The notes under the pieces were generated by a model. It saw only the letters and a program-made list of their open reading frames with translations. It was not told where the DNA came from and did no database searches. Shown piece by piece: positions 40,810-53,797 of a DNA stretch of 64,000 nt. The DNA comes from the human T2T-CHM13v2.0 reference genome, Homo sapiens. Location of the stretch: NCBI RefSeq assembly GCF_009914755.1, contig NC_060929.1; one strand, written 5' to 3'. Within the stretch, counting starts at the first letter, position 1. The number at the start of each line of letters is the position of its first letter. The position numbers and the translations under genes are program-made.

Positions 40810-41005
40810 CCCAGGTTGAAATCTGGGATCTAGCAAAAAATCAGCTGTATGATAACAGGCAACTTTCTTAAAAAAAAAAAATCCCTTGCCATCCCTCAGT
40901 TTCTTCATTTTTTCACCTAAGGATAGCAACTGTATCTACCTGACAGCATTGTTCCATGAGGATTAAAATGACAGTGGGTTTTGAAAAGTGCTTTGGAAAG
41001 CATTT
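40810..41005 (+). mobile_element. MIR
   Basis: CCTCAGTTTCTTCAT...TGAGGATTAAAATGA...AAAGTGCTT. Confidence 0.7.
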
Positions 41006-42814
41006 CATACTAAGGGCCCTTTAAGTTGTTTGAAAAGTTATCAATATCATCATCATCAATCATTATCATGATAATCATTATTATAATCAAGGAATTATTT
41101 ACCAGGTGCTAATGTGTTTATTGGCCTATATGTCTTTTCCACATAAATGATTCAGAAATAAGAATTTCAAGATGGTCAGAACTTTGTGAAATCTGAAAGA
41201 TCATAATTTATATTCAAATATTTGGATGTAACCTTGATATACAATGAAAATTAGGTCAGCTCACATTTAGTAATTTAAAAAATCACTGTGTGAGAGGAAT
41301 GTTTTAAATATGCTTTTGGGAAAGATGAAAAAATTCAATCAGTAAAGTAAAACTGTTGAATTTCAGTATTGTTTTTATTAGTGTAATTACCACAAAAAAC
41401 AACATAATCAAAAGGAACACTTGGAACAAATTGTAAATGAGTTAGTATTGTACATTTTCTCTCAATTCCAGAGCAAATATGATTACTAAAAGCAAAGGAT
41501 ATTTTTGACACATACTCTTGTTGTTAACATGGACACTAAACCAAGGTTTATGTAACAATTACAGTTTTTAAATGAAATTAATTTCAGCTTTTATTCAGTT
41601 TCAGTTCCAATATACATTGGTAAAAGTAGTCATCGTGACTGAAAATGAGTAATAAGTGACACAGTATCTTTCATAAAAGATTTTTACAATCTTTAAAACC
41701 AGTGAGCAACAAATGATAAAAATTTATATTATCTCTACTGGATAATTATCAAGCCATAAGTTTATTTTAATAAATAAATATAAACATGACAATTATAAGT
41801 GCATATTTAAAGTTAACTTGCTAGTAAAAATTCAGTAGTATTCCAAAGTCATTATATGCCAGATTTATTTGGCAGAAATGTGTCTGACTCCAGCTTACCT
41901 TTTATATCTCATCAGGAAATATGCACCTGAGAGTCATTTTTCCCTTACAGGAGCCTCCTGTGATGACTGAAGAAGCCCTAGCCCTTTTGAAATTGGTGAT
42001 GTAGAGCTTCATCATTTCCTGTTTAAACCAAGAAAATTGTGTGAGTTGCAAAACTCTAAATAATGGATCACCAGTGAGAATAATATCATTTGCCAGTGAC
42101 ATAAAGTTGATAAGAAAATGTGCTGGCAAAGTGGGGTGGTAGGAATGGCAATTGGTTTAGACATCTTTCCTGTGTTGTCTTTTGGCCCATCTATCCCAGT
42201 TTCTTAATTTTACAGATTAAGAAAAATAAAAAATAGAGAAGCAGGAAAGGAAGATATTTGCTCAGAGACTCTCAGGTAGTTAATGAAAGGACTTTGGCGT
42301 CCTGTATAGGTTCAAGAACCTGTAGGGTTCTTTCTGCTACCCCATCTTAAGATCACACAAGATGTATGATTAGAATAAATTTTGGAAAAGTACACAGCTG
42401 TAAAGCCACTAGCCATTTTATTTCCTAATAGGAGAAAGATTGGAGCTTAGGGAATTAGTGTGATATGTATAACATAAAATGTAAGGAATCAGAGTAAAGG
42501 AAACCTTTTTTAGTAGCACATGCCATGGTGCATATAACCAAGAAATAAACATCTACATTGATTAACATGGAAATAAGTAAAATTGGATTGCTAAACCAAG
42601 TAATTTAATTTTAAAATTGTAGGATTTTCACATTGCTAAAATGTTAAAAGTATTTTGAAAAGGGAATCATTCGTTACTTATACCCTAAATTCTTTCAAAG
42701 AGAAGTAAAGCAAAATGAGAGATACCTGAATTTATATAGAAGCATAAACTATAAGAATAAAGAATGCTGTGATTTGGAGCTTAGACGCCGTAACACTAAA
42801 TGTAATGCCACATT

Positions 42815-42985
42815 GTTAAAAGTACCCTGGGTCCAGACCAGTCAGATGCAAATCTTGACCTTACCACTTGCTTGCAGTGTGAACTTGTACAAACTTAAGC
42901 TACGCTTGCCTCAAAGAATGGGGATAATAATGAATCTACATACATACACACATAGATCAGAAAAGTGCTTATAGCAATGCTGAAA
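42815..42985 (+). mobile_element. MIR
   Basis: CAAATCTTGACCTTACCACTT...AATGGGGATAATAAT. Confidence 0.65.
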
Positions 42986-42993
42986 GTATACCT

Positions 42994-43383
42994 TGTGTTA
43001 GTCTGCTAGCACTGCCATACCAAAATACCACAGTCTGGGTGGCTTAAGCAAAAGACATTTATTTCCCACAGCTCTGGAGGCTGAAAGTTCAATATGAAGA
43101 TGTTGGTAAGTTCGGTTTCTCTTGAGGCCACTCTCCTTGGCTTGCAGACAGCCACATTCTCCCTGTGTCCTCACATGGCCTTTCCTCTTTCTGCATGCAT
43201 CCTGGGTGTCTCTTCTTCTTCTTATAAAGACGCAATCACATTGGATTACAGTCCCACCCTAATGCCCTCATCCTAACCTAATGTCCCTCAGGAACATTAT
43301 CTCTAAAGATGGCCACATTCTGACATACTAGGGGTTGGGATCTCAACACATAAATTTGGGGGAACATAATTCGGCCCATCACA
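42994..43383 (-). mobile_element. MLT1B LTR
   Basis: Full LTR; TSD TAC(C/A)T. Confidence 0.85.
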
Positions 43384-43584
43384 TACATCTTGGATCTTCT
43401 ACCTTGTGGAACATAACTGGCGGAAAGGCCAAGCTGCATCTGAAATGTACAATGCACTTATTCTGAGGCTACACTTCCCACAGGCCAGTGGCTGAGCATC
43501 ACAGGATCACTCAGGAAGGCCCCTTTGTATAAGCTTAAGAACTCCCTCTGGCTTTGCAGGAATTTTCTTTAAAATGCACTGCAC

Positions 43585-43710
43585 TCTTTCTCCTTCTTTC
43601 TCTGTTTCCTTCCTTCCTCCCTCCCTTCCTTCCTTCCTTCCTTCCTTCGTTCCTTCCTTCTCTCTTTCCTTCCTTTCTTTTTTCCCTCCTTCCTTCCTTC
43701 GTTCCTTCAT
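43585..43710. repeat. (TTCC)n pyrimidine microsatellite
   Basis: Seen directly. Confidence 0.9.
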
Positions 43711-46700
43711 GGTTCCACTCTCCATGGAATTTGAACATGCTTTAATTACCATAAATCTATTTTTTAAGATGTGTTGAAGCATTTTTGCTGAAGAACTATC
43801 AGTAATTACAGTTGCTAAAAAGCAGCTTGATTTTGTTTTCAGCCTGGGGCATATCTACTTTTATGTCAAGTGACCAAGGCGTGTACTTTACAAGAACAAT
43901 TTTATAAAAGAATTCTGTAAGGTGTCATCATTTACTGAAAAACTACATGACTTTTAGCACCTACATTCTTCTGGAAAGGTTGATTGGTTCAGCAGAAGTC
44001 TTGAAAAGTGGTAAGAATTCATCTAAAGTGTTCACAGGTACCTAGAAGCTTTGGTTCCTGGCCCTGTGTTATGTTGATAGGTGGTACATGCCATGAACAC
44101 ATGCCAGACTCAGTAGTCTTTGTAAAGTTTCTTCACCAATGTTGATGGAGATAGTGAACAGTTTGTATCATGATGAGTAGTTTCATAGAGAAATTTATGG
44201 AATACCTATTTGAATTCATCTGGTGCCACCATCAGACTATCTTGGGAGTGTCAGAGATTACCTGAGCGAAGGGTTAGACCAGGTAGCTTCAATTCTTTCT
44301 TTATAAAATCTCAAACTAAACAATTATTATTGTATAGTGGCTTATTTGGAATCCACCTATAGATTTATCTTTTGGTACTTTAGATAGGATTATAACCTTG
44401 GTAAAGACTCGTTTGGCATAATGATCTACTAGATAATTTCTTTTAACTTCCATATTGCCCCTTCTTGCATGGACCTAAACCATTATCATAGTCATCTGTC
44501 TAAGAAGTAGGAGTGCCTCTAAAAGTTCCTTAACTATAGTCTATTTTTTTTGGTTGGTGTTGTCAGCTACCTAGAAACCCCTTTGTTTCCAAAGCATCTC
44601 CTAATCATGTATTACTCCAGAAGCGTGTTTGTTATCAGTATATATCCCTCTCTGAACTTTGGTGAATGGAAAAGCTCTAGCAAGTGCAGTAAGTTCTCCC
44701 ATCTGGGCTGATTTTCTCTCAGGTATAAGATTGTATTCTAAAGGAGAGCTTAAATTAGTGAGAGTGTATCCTGTTTAATCCCCTCCAGTTTCAGTTTTGA
44801 GGTATGATATTAGATGAAGTTGCTCAATGTAAGCCTCTAATACATCTGGGTGAGATAGTGAAGGTTACCTAACCATGGTAAGGTGATCTTGAGGTCCTCT
44901 TTATTATGACAAAGGCAGGAAAGCAGAAGGACTCAGGGTGTTGTAGGACTCAGTAGTTTAACTGAGACCTAGGTCAAGCATGGAGCCTAGAACTAGTTCA
45001 GCAGAAATATTGACATGTAATAGCAACTGGCCTAAGACCAAGTGAACAAGTCAAATGAGGCTATAGTAAGCATTTGGGTTTTTTGTTTCCCATGAACCAC
45101 AGAGGACAAAAAGGCTTGTTCAAACCACTTATGCACAAATAGACAAAAAAGGCTGTTTGCAGTTAACGAAGCCTAGGGAAGAAAGCTTTGAAAAACCTTC
45201 CTTAGGTAATAGAAGGCTTGTTCATGTTTTGAATCCTAAAAGAGAGAGTCTCTTATTTAGGACTTAGTCAGTTAATAAAATTGACGCAATTTCAGAAAAA
45301 AAAAATTGGCACATGTTGTCTGCAATATCCAGTTAAACCCAGAAATCCTCTCAATTATTGTATTGTAAGAGGTTTAGGAACAGTTCAGTAGTGTTTATTC
45401 TATCTGAAGAGAGGCCTTTTTTTTTTCTTCTTAGATAGATCATGGCCTATAATGGACTGTGTTTTGGTAAAATTGTAATTTAGCTTTTGAAACTTTATGT
45501 TCTTTCCCACTAAAGTTGAGAGCAAGTAAATGGATTCCTTTTTTATGGGTTTCCTTTTTCTCTCAACAAAATAGGTCATCTACATATTGTGTCAAAGCTG
45601 AATCAAAAGAAAATTTAGACCTTCTGTCTTGATTGAAGGTCTGGAAAAAATATGAGGGTGCTTTAGTTAACTTCTAGAGCATAACAGTGCAGGCATATTT
45701 TCATTCTCCCCAAGTAGGACCAGAAGATATTTGTTGTCTGCTCTAGGGGCATGCTGAAAAAGAGCACAGATCTGCCACAAGGACTTAAGTAATTTTAGGA
45801 ATTGACAACAAGGTGATATTTGGATTAGGTACTACTGGGAAGTGAGAAGTGAGAAGTGGGGGCTAACAATTTTATTGATGGCCTTGAGGTTTTGAACAAA
45901 TACATATCCTTGGCCATTTGTTTTGCAGGTGGTGGTGTTTTTCTTCTTTCTTTTCCTTGTAGAATGGAAGTGTTACAATGTTACAAAGGCTAGTTCAGAG
46001 TAAGAGAAGGCCTTTGGATATAAGGCCTTTGCCAATGGGTCTGAGACTTTCTCTTGCTTCTGGCTTCAAGGGATATTGGTGAAGATTGGGTAACAGTTTG
46101 GTGAGGTAAAAGATTAATAAGATCTGTTCCAATTATTTTCCCATGTTAGTGTGTGTCCCATAGTGTGTCAGGTATGATGTCAAGATCGCTAATGGAGGTA
46201 TGCATCAAATGTAATGGAGAGGACAAAGGTATATCAAAGTATAATCTACAACTTGATCATGAACAGAGAAATCCTCTGAAATTTCAAAACATACCTGGAA
46301 CTTCTGGTGTGCATTTAATATTATGATCTCATTTGAAAAGTAAATCTCTCCCTGTCAAATTTGCAGCTGTGTTATTAGAGAGGCTGAAAGAATGTTTTTA
46401 AGTCAAATGCCCAAGTGTTAAAAACTGGGAGATAGTAAAAACCTGTGGGTTATTGAAATACCTCCTACCTGTGTGGTAAGTTTATTCTGAGGAAGAGGAA
46501 GGATTTCACATGGAACAAATAGTACCTGTGTCCACCAGGAATTGATGAGGTTGACTAGTTTTATATATATAGTCAATTCAACTTGATTATTTAAGGGTAA
46601 GATAGGCATGTTTTTCCCTTGAAGTACAATTATTAATCTGGATGGAGGAAGTTTTTTTTGGCTTGAATTTTCTTTTGTAAAATAAAACCATTATTATTCC

Positions 46701-47447
46701 ACTTTTGTTACAATGTTAACAAGCATCCTTGTCAATACAAGATCAGTTTTAAAATGGGCTATTTTACTGTTTGATCTGCAGGGTAATAATTTTATTTTGG
46801 GTCTTGTCTCAATTTTGTTGTAAATCTCTTTCAATGTGTTCTGAGTTAGGTGCAAAATTTAAGAATGTAATGAGAGAAAAAAAAGTTTTCCTGGAAAAGA
46901 AGATAACTTAGACTTAGCTGACCCCATAGGAGCTGGCAATGGTTGGTCACTAGTGATACTTGTGTACATTGTGTGTTTGACCCCAAATTTGATAATTGTC
47001 TGCCACTAAATGCAGATGTGACTATCTGTGCTTCTTGATAAGTGGAAATGAGAGAGAATGCTTTCTCTAGAACAAAGCCACACTCTTAGAACAAAACAAA
47101 ACAAAACAAAACAAAACATGAGTTGAAATGGACTTCATTCGGCTTTATTGGTGACCCACTGAAATGTCTGGATGTATGCCAATCTGGTGAGAACTGCAAA
47201 CTCACTATGGTATGAAGCAAGCTAAACAAGTTTATAGGGACTATGCCTAGGTTATATTGTGTGATTTTGCTTATTATGAAAAACAACACTTTTAGACAGT
47301 ACAACATAACATAGGAGCACAAGAAATAGTAAACATGAATGAATAGCAATGGCTCAATTCCACCAGGGTGCCGAACAAATGGAAATCAAGGACAACACCT
47401 GGGGGTACCAAACTAAAAATAGTTGAGGAACCCATCACAAAGGGACC

Positions 47448-47828
47448 TGTAATAGTCCGTTCTCATTATTAATATAAATAACTACCTGAGACTGAGTGAT
47501 TTATAAAGACAAGAGGTTTATTTGACTTACAGTTCCACAGGCTGTACAGGAGGCATGGCTGAGGAGGCCTCAGGAAACTTACAATCATGGTAGAAGGGTG
47601 AAGGGGAAGCAAGCACATCTTCACATGGCAGTAGGACAGAGAGAGAAGCAGGAAGTGCCACACACTTTTAAACCACCCGATCTCATGAGAACTCACTCAC
47701 TGTCATGAGAACAGAAAGGGGGAAGTCCACCCCAAGATCCAATCACCCCCCACCAGGTCCCTCCGCCAACATTAGGGATTGCAATTCAAAATGAGATTTG
47801 GGTGGGGATGCAGAGCCAAACCATATCA
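47448..47828 (-). mobile_element. MSTA LTR nested in the ERV1 leader
   Basis: GGCTGTACAGGAGGCATGGCTGAGGAGGCCTCAGGAAACTTACAATCATGG...CAGAGCCAAACCATATCA. Confidence 0.9.
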
Positions 47829-47883
47829 GAGTCAGACTTCAGACCTGTTCTGTGTTAACACGTTGGCACAGAGTCAACAAGTC

Positions 47884-48240
47884 TGATATGGTTTGGCTGT
47901 GTCCCCACCCAAATCACATCTTGAACTGTAGCTCCCATAACTCCTACATGTGGGAGGGACCTGGTCAGGAATAAATCAATCATGGGAGCAGTTTCCCCCA
48001 TACTGTTCTCATGGTAGTGAATAAGTGTCATGAGGTCTGATGATTTTATAAGAAGTTTCCCCTTTCACTTTGCTCTCATTCTGTCTTGCCTGCCACTATG
48101 TAAGATGTGTCTTTCATCTTGTCATGATTGTGAGGCCTCCCCAGCCACGTGGAACCATGAGTCCATTAAACCTCTTTTTCTTTATAAATTACTCAGTCTT
48201 GGGTATGTCTTTATCGGCAGCATGAAAATGGACGAATACA
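47884..48240 (+). mobile_element. THE1B LTR nested in the ERV1 leader
   Basis: TGATATGGTTTGGCTGTGTCCCCACCC...AATACA; TSD AAG(T/C)C. Confidence 0.9.
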
Positions 48241-48353
48241 AAGCCCCAGCAGCAAGGCACAAGGGGCTTGCTTGTGTCCTATGCCTGTTTGAAGGCTGGG
48301 GTTTGCAGTGATGTGCAGTGTAGATCATTTCTTCATGGGGCTTCCAGGAAAAC

Positions 48354-48833
48354 TCTGGAAATAAGTGAAGCCCACTCAAGTGAGGAAAAAACCCAGAAAC
48401 TTATCTATTCAGAGCTTGCTAAAGTAAGGGTGTCAGCCACCATTACTGGTGCTAGATAGAGATTCAAAGGCAGGCAGAGGAGTGGGGAGGCTTCATATTG
48501 ACAAAAATAAAAAGGGAAGCTTTCAGATAGGCTCTGATTGGATGTTGTTGGCATGAGGAAGCTGAAGACAGGCTACCTAGAAGTGAGACATCTCATATGA
48601 TAGGTTTTGGAAGCATATTTGGCTTTCTCTAGTTAGTCTCGAGTTGGAAGCAGCGGCAACAAATAAGAAAGCTGACTGTCTTTGACCAAGCCATGATCTT
48701 TCTGGGCTTATTGTGGTTCAAGTTGTTGTTTGACTTACCGAGATGGTTGCTGCAGAGGTTGTGAGTCCCAGCTTTATTGTCATACGTGGTCATGTGACCT
48801 GGCCTTTGTCCATTTGTATGTGGAGTTTCTCCA
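48354..48833 (-). mobile_element. 5' LTR of the ERV1 provirus (MER89-like)
   Basis: Minus strand begins TGGAGAAAC..ATACAAATGGACAAAGGCCAG, with ACAACCTCTGCAGCAACC and AGAGAAAGCCAAATATGC; followed by a TGG-initiated PBS-like sequence at 48330-48346. Confidence 0.75.
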
Positions 48834-49249
48834 CTTCTATTGTCATTATTAGTGATATCATCCACAGGACATCATAGCCCCCAGTTTGTTACAAAGAAAG
48901 AAGCAAACATCAAAGCAGAAACTTCTGGAGCACAGAGTTGACTCCTCTTAATTTGATTATAACACCATATATAAAACCTCTGGCCCAGGTTTTGAGATGA
49001 TTAAATACCATACATATGTTTGGAAAGTCTGCCTATAAAATCTCTCAAAAGTCAACACTCTGTGTTGCCCTCCAGGAGTTCAGCACAGGGGACGCAGACC
49101 TTACAGTAATCTCCCTTGCAAGAATTCCCTTCAAAAGGAAGGACATCTTTGCCCCACTTTGTCATTCCTTCTACACATTTCACTTAGAAGTTCATTTTTT
49201 CATGGTTTTACATCTCTATATGAATTTTAAATCCTGGATGGAAATATAT

Positions 49250-49930
49250 CCATGTCTCTTAAATTTGGATGCACGTCTTACTAACTTTTATTCTTGTGTG
49301 TCCCATCTGAAATTGCTATCTTTTCCACACTAGGTTTCTTTTCTTGTATTTCCAATTCTTTTGTCCACAAAATGCCCATTCGTTCAGTTTCCAAAACTTG
49401 AGACAAGTTCCTAGCCCTTGAAGCACATAGTCTTAGCCCACCTTTGATATCAGCCTCATCATTCCTGGGTCTGGGTGGTGCCAACTTTACCTTTAAACTA
49501 TATTTGGAAGCTGTATTTTCCTCTTTAGTTCCACTGACACTTCCCTAATTTGGTTTCTCATTAAATTCAGATAGGCTGATGCTCTCCTACACTCCAGCCA
49601 TTCTCAGTCTGATTCAATGAAACCATTGATGTCAGACTAAATTCTTTAGAGCCATACCTGACCATTTCACTTTTCTGTTGAAAAACTTCACTTATTCCTT
49701 TGGTTATATAAAGTAAAGCCTGTATATCCTAGCTTGTGGTGCAATGCACTCTTCATCACCATCTTCTCGCCCTTCCTTTCCCTATTTATAAGCCCATACC
49801 ATCCTTAATCTGAGCCTCTCATATGACTTTGCATGCTCAGCTCCACATCAGAGGCATCCAAGTCCATGTCCAATCTTTCGTATTGAACAGAAAGCTTTAT
49901 GAGCAGCATATCTATATTTAATTCATCTTA
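49250..49930 (+). mobile_element. L2 fragment
   Basis: Pyrimidine-rich; CTGACCATTTCACTTTTCTGTTGAAAAACTTCA L2 motif. Confidence 0.55.
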
Positions 49931-51918
49931 TTTTTAATAACATTTAGAATAATTAATGACATTTATTAAACAATAAAAATTAAATTCTTGAGTCAAAACA
50001 AATATATATATGAAATATATATGAAAATCATTTAAAAATGCAATGACAATGGCAAAATGCAAACTTTGATAAAAGGTATGATTATGGCAAAAATTATGTG
50101 CTCTAGTACGATAGCGGTCAATTTCTACAGTGAAAATGTTGAATGGAGTTTGGATTTGATGTAAATATTTAATGAATTATAGGATTTTTTTTTTTTACAT
50201 AGGAATAACACAAAACCCCATGCTAAGAAGAGGAGATAATTTCAGGAAAGTTTTTGATGTGCAGTTACAATGAGCATCTTTATCTAGTTAGATAACAGGG
50301 AATCTTGAGTATCATTGGAATTCATCCCTATTTCTCCTCTCTTCTCTCCCTTTCTTCTAGTGTCGAAACAGGTACAAGAAAAATCAATGCTGTGGAGAAT
50401 AGACCATAAATTAAGTGTCCCAATAATTTGAACATATGATTTAAATTTAAATATTTTGTACTACAGTTGATAAAATGTAGTACTAAAGTTCTAAAAAATA
50501 ACTGTAGCTCTGCAGCTATGAAAAGAGAATAAAGCAGGATAGAAGTATGTTTTCCCTGCACTTAAGTTCAACAAAAGAGTAAAAGCTTGTTTACTGTGGA
50601 AAGTATTGTGAAAAAGAGATTTCACATTATAACTTCAGAGTTTTTCTGATTAGATCCACATTTTACTTTGGCATAAGTGAAATATTTATGAAAGATTGGC
50701 CCCATCTTTCTTTTTTTCATTTAGTAACAGCAAAGTATTCCAAAGGGATTCTTCAACTAAACCTTGATTAACCAGAACATTCTTTTGTAAAACAAATGGA
50801 AAATCTTGATATTACCATAAAAACAAGAGAATTTTTAGCCTTCCTACAACCCTGGCTTTCTCTTGTATGCTGAAAACCATTACTCTGCCCTCTAATGATT
50901 TTGAACATTGCTGGCTCAGGGGAGAGATGAGAAGCCAATTGGATCAATATCTGGAGAGGAAGCTCTTGGGTAAAACAAAATGCATAGCTGTGATAACCAG
51001 GATTGTTTTATCATCTTGGGAATTCATAACCAGTAGAATCATGTTCCAGGAAATGTGGAAATGGCTATGACTCACAAGAACCCAGCCAGCATTTACTAAG
51101 CTTATTCCATGTATTTTATGAGAATGTGGTCACTTTTCCTAGAGGTAAGAATTGTTTGTAAGCCATGGAACTTCAAATCATTAAGAGTAATTTTCTCTAT
51201 TGTCCCAAGAAAGGTCAAGTATTAGAGGGCTTATCAGGGGGACAGAACAATCTTTTGGCCTCTGTCAATTAAAGGATACCATGTGTGGTTATTTGCCACT
51301 ATACATCTATTGAATTGGGAATTGTAGCTATGCTTCCTTCCTAAGATTAATATCTCAATACTTTTGCATAATAGTCTGGAACACGGAATTGTACAGGTAT
51401 TAGGAATTCTTTCCCACTCTAACCTGAATTAGAAAATGCATTGGCCTAAATTTAACTTGTCTAGGTATCTTTGAGATTTCACCCAGAAAGAATAAAATTC
51501 AGATGAAATGCTTCCTCTTTCAGTAGATGCTCCCTGGCTATTCCAGCAATGCAAGGAACAATTTAAATAACCATAACAATCTAGCATGGTTTGCCCATTT
51601 CTAGAACATTAATCACATCTCAACTTAAAGTCATTCCCTATCTGACCTCCTCACTAAATCTCTTGGCATATAGACTTCTGCTTTTAACTTTGAGGCAGCA
51701 CCCACATGCAACTGTGCTTTGCACACAATAGGCACTACCTATGTTTCCTATGCATAAATTTCCAAGTGTTAATTCTTGAGATTTCTCTCACAACTCTCCA
51801 AAATGCCATTTATATCGATATAATCAGTATAGGTTTGCTCATATATTTATGGTGTGCATTTTCAGATATTGTTTTATTAATTTTACACATCGTATTTACT
51901 TGACTATTCCAAGGCAAA

Positions 51919-52033
51919 CTGTCTTGAATGTCCTATCTTTATTTCACAAATGGCCATTATTAAACTATTTTTTCTTTGTATATTGTGATGGCTGGTCCCT
52001 TAAGGCAGATGTGTCAGGAGCTCATGTGTTTAA
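51919..52033 (+). repeat. Copy 1 of a ~115-bp local duplication
   Basis: Aligns to 53688-53797. Confidence 0.9.
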
Positions 52034-53144
52034 GGAGGTCTAAGATTATGAACAACCCTCAGAGGGAAAATGGGATAATGGACCAAATAATTGCTGCTGA
52101 TTGCAAAAATAGATTTTCACCCTTTCATGAGATAAAAAGAAGCGTTGTGTAATTGCTGTAAATGTGTCCTATGCCTTCAGGAATTGGATTCAGAAGATAT
52201 TGCGACGTTACACCTGGGAGTCTAAATATGGTTTTGTACTGATTGCTGATTATTATTTTTAGGTATTTGCAATCTCTTGTCTTAATGTGCTACTATATGA
52301 ATACTCTGATAATACCTTGAAACAATCCCATTAACTCCATTAATGTTTGGCCAGTTTTCATGAGAGGGGTCAGTATGTTTCATGAACTCAAAATTTTATT
52401 TTAAAGAAAGGTTACTAGTGTGGTATGCATAGGAAAAAAATGAGTTATCAAACAAATGAATGAGGCAGAAGCCATATTTGTTTTAATGGACTTTGTATCT
52501 ATTACTGTATGAAACCTTGACAAAATGATGGGAGAATCCGTTAAAAGCAAATCTGGAAAATGAGATACTTGCACAGTTGGAAATGTTGAACAAAAGTTAT
52601 TTATTTTATAGACAGTGACATTATCTTATAGGTAGCTTACAATTGAATTTTTTTCAAGAAATTTAAGTTGTAATTTTTACTTGAATCTTTATTGTTGGTT
52701 CTTTCCTGCAATTTTGGCTATATTTTTTTCAATCTCTGCCATTAGACAAATCTATATTTTCATTTCAAGATCATTTGTGAAGTACTTTGAAGCAAAACAA
52801 ACACAAACCTAAATAGCCTGAAACGAATTATTATGACTGTTCTCAATACTTATCAACTCATACCAAAATAGCAAGTATTTTGCTGGTAGCATACATTGTA
52901 TCATTGAACGATAAAGTGAAATTGTAATAGAAATGTATTATATTTTAGTCTCTCTGGGTAGAAATTCAAGTCATTTTACCTTTCTATGCTTCAGGATTCC
53001 TGTCAATAAAATAAAGTTTTTTAAAAAATTATTTTGAGGGCAACATTCATACCCACTAATCTATAAGTATAATGAGTATATTTTAGAAAAAAAATCTGAT
53101 AACAAATAGCTGAGTTACACCATGAGCTGAGAGTATATTTCTTA

Positions 53145-53348
<204 letters not shown>

Positions 53349-53687
53349 TTATTTTTGGAGATAAAGAAAATTTGAAGAAGATATTTAAAATGTCAGAATC
53401 GTTTCAGTTAAGTCATTTCTGAAACAACATTTAGGTATTTCATGTATGACTGAGTCAATTTCCTTTACATTAAGTCCATTTAACAGAGACGGTAGGATTT
53501 TAATTGTTTTCTGCAAATATTTTTAAAGGGGGAATTTTAGTACTGTTAGTGTTCATATGTTTTTATAAATGACAATATCAGAATTTAGAATATTCACAGA
53601 AAACTAACCAATCCCAATCCATGATTTGTGTGAATGGCGTTAATTTTATGAAATATGGGAGTTCAAATAACACAAAATTTACATACC

Positions 53688-53797
53688 CTGTCTTGAGAGC
53701 TCTATTTATTTCATGAAGGGCCGTTATTAAACTCTTTTTTCTTACATTGTGATGGCTGCTCCCTTAAGGCAGATGTGCTTGGAGCTCATGTGTTTAA
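53688..53797 (+). repeat. Copy 2 of the ~115-bp local duplication, flanked by an AAATTTACATA direct repeat
   Basis: Aligns to 51919-52033; 11-bp repeat at 53675-53685 and 53796-53806. Confidence 0.9.

Larger units (their letters stand above)
43760..48353 (-). mobile_element. Degenerate ERV1 (MER4-group, MER89-int-like) internal region: leader, gag, pro, pol to integrase; no env or 3' LTR seen
   Basis: Minus-strand translation: protease FLVDTG (DTG at 46524-46532) and GRDLL; RT HFPVVPNP, TQYVDDL (YVDD at 45575-45586), LRGFLGLTGYCRQ (~45340-45375); AYYSL connection motif; integrase-like CTTYQHN near 44080. Many stops and frameshifts. Confidence 0.85.

Noticed and set aside
51919-52033. Duplicated unit as a snoRNA or miRNA
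   Set aside because: GTGATGG is only C-box-like, there is no D box (CTGA) on that strand, and no clear H/ACA or long hairpin fold is visible.
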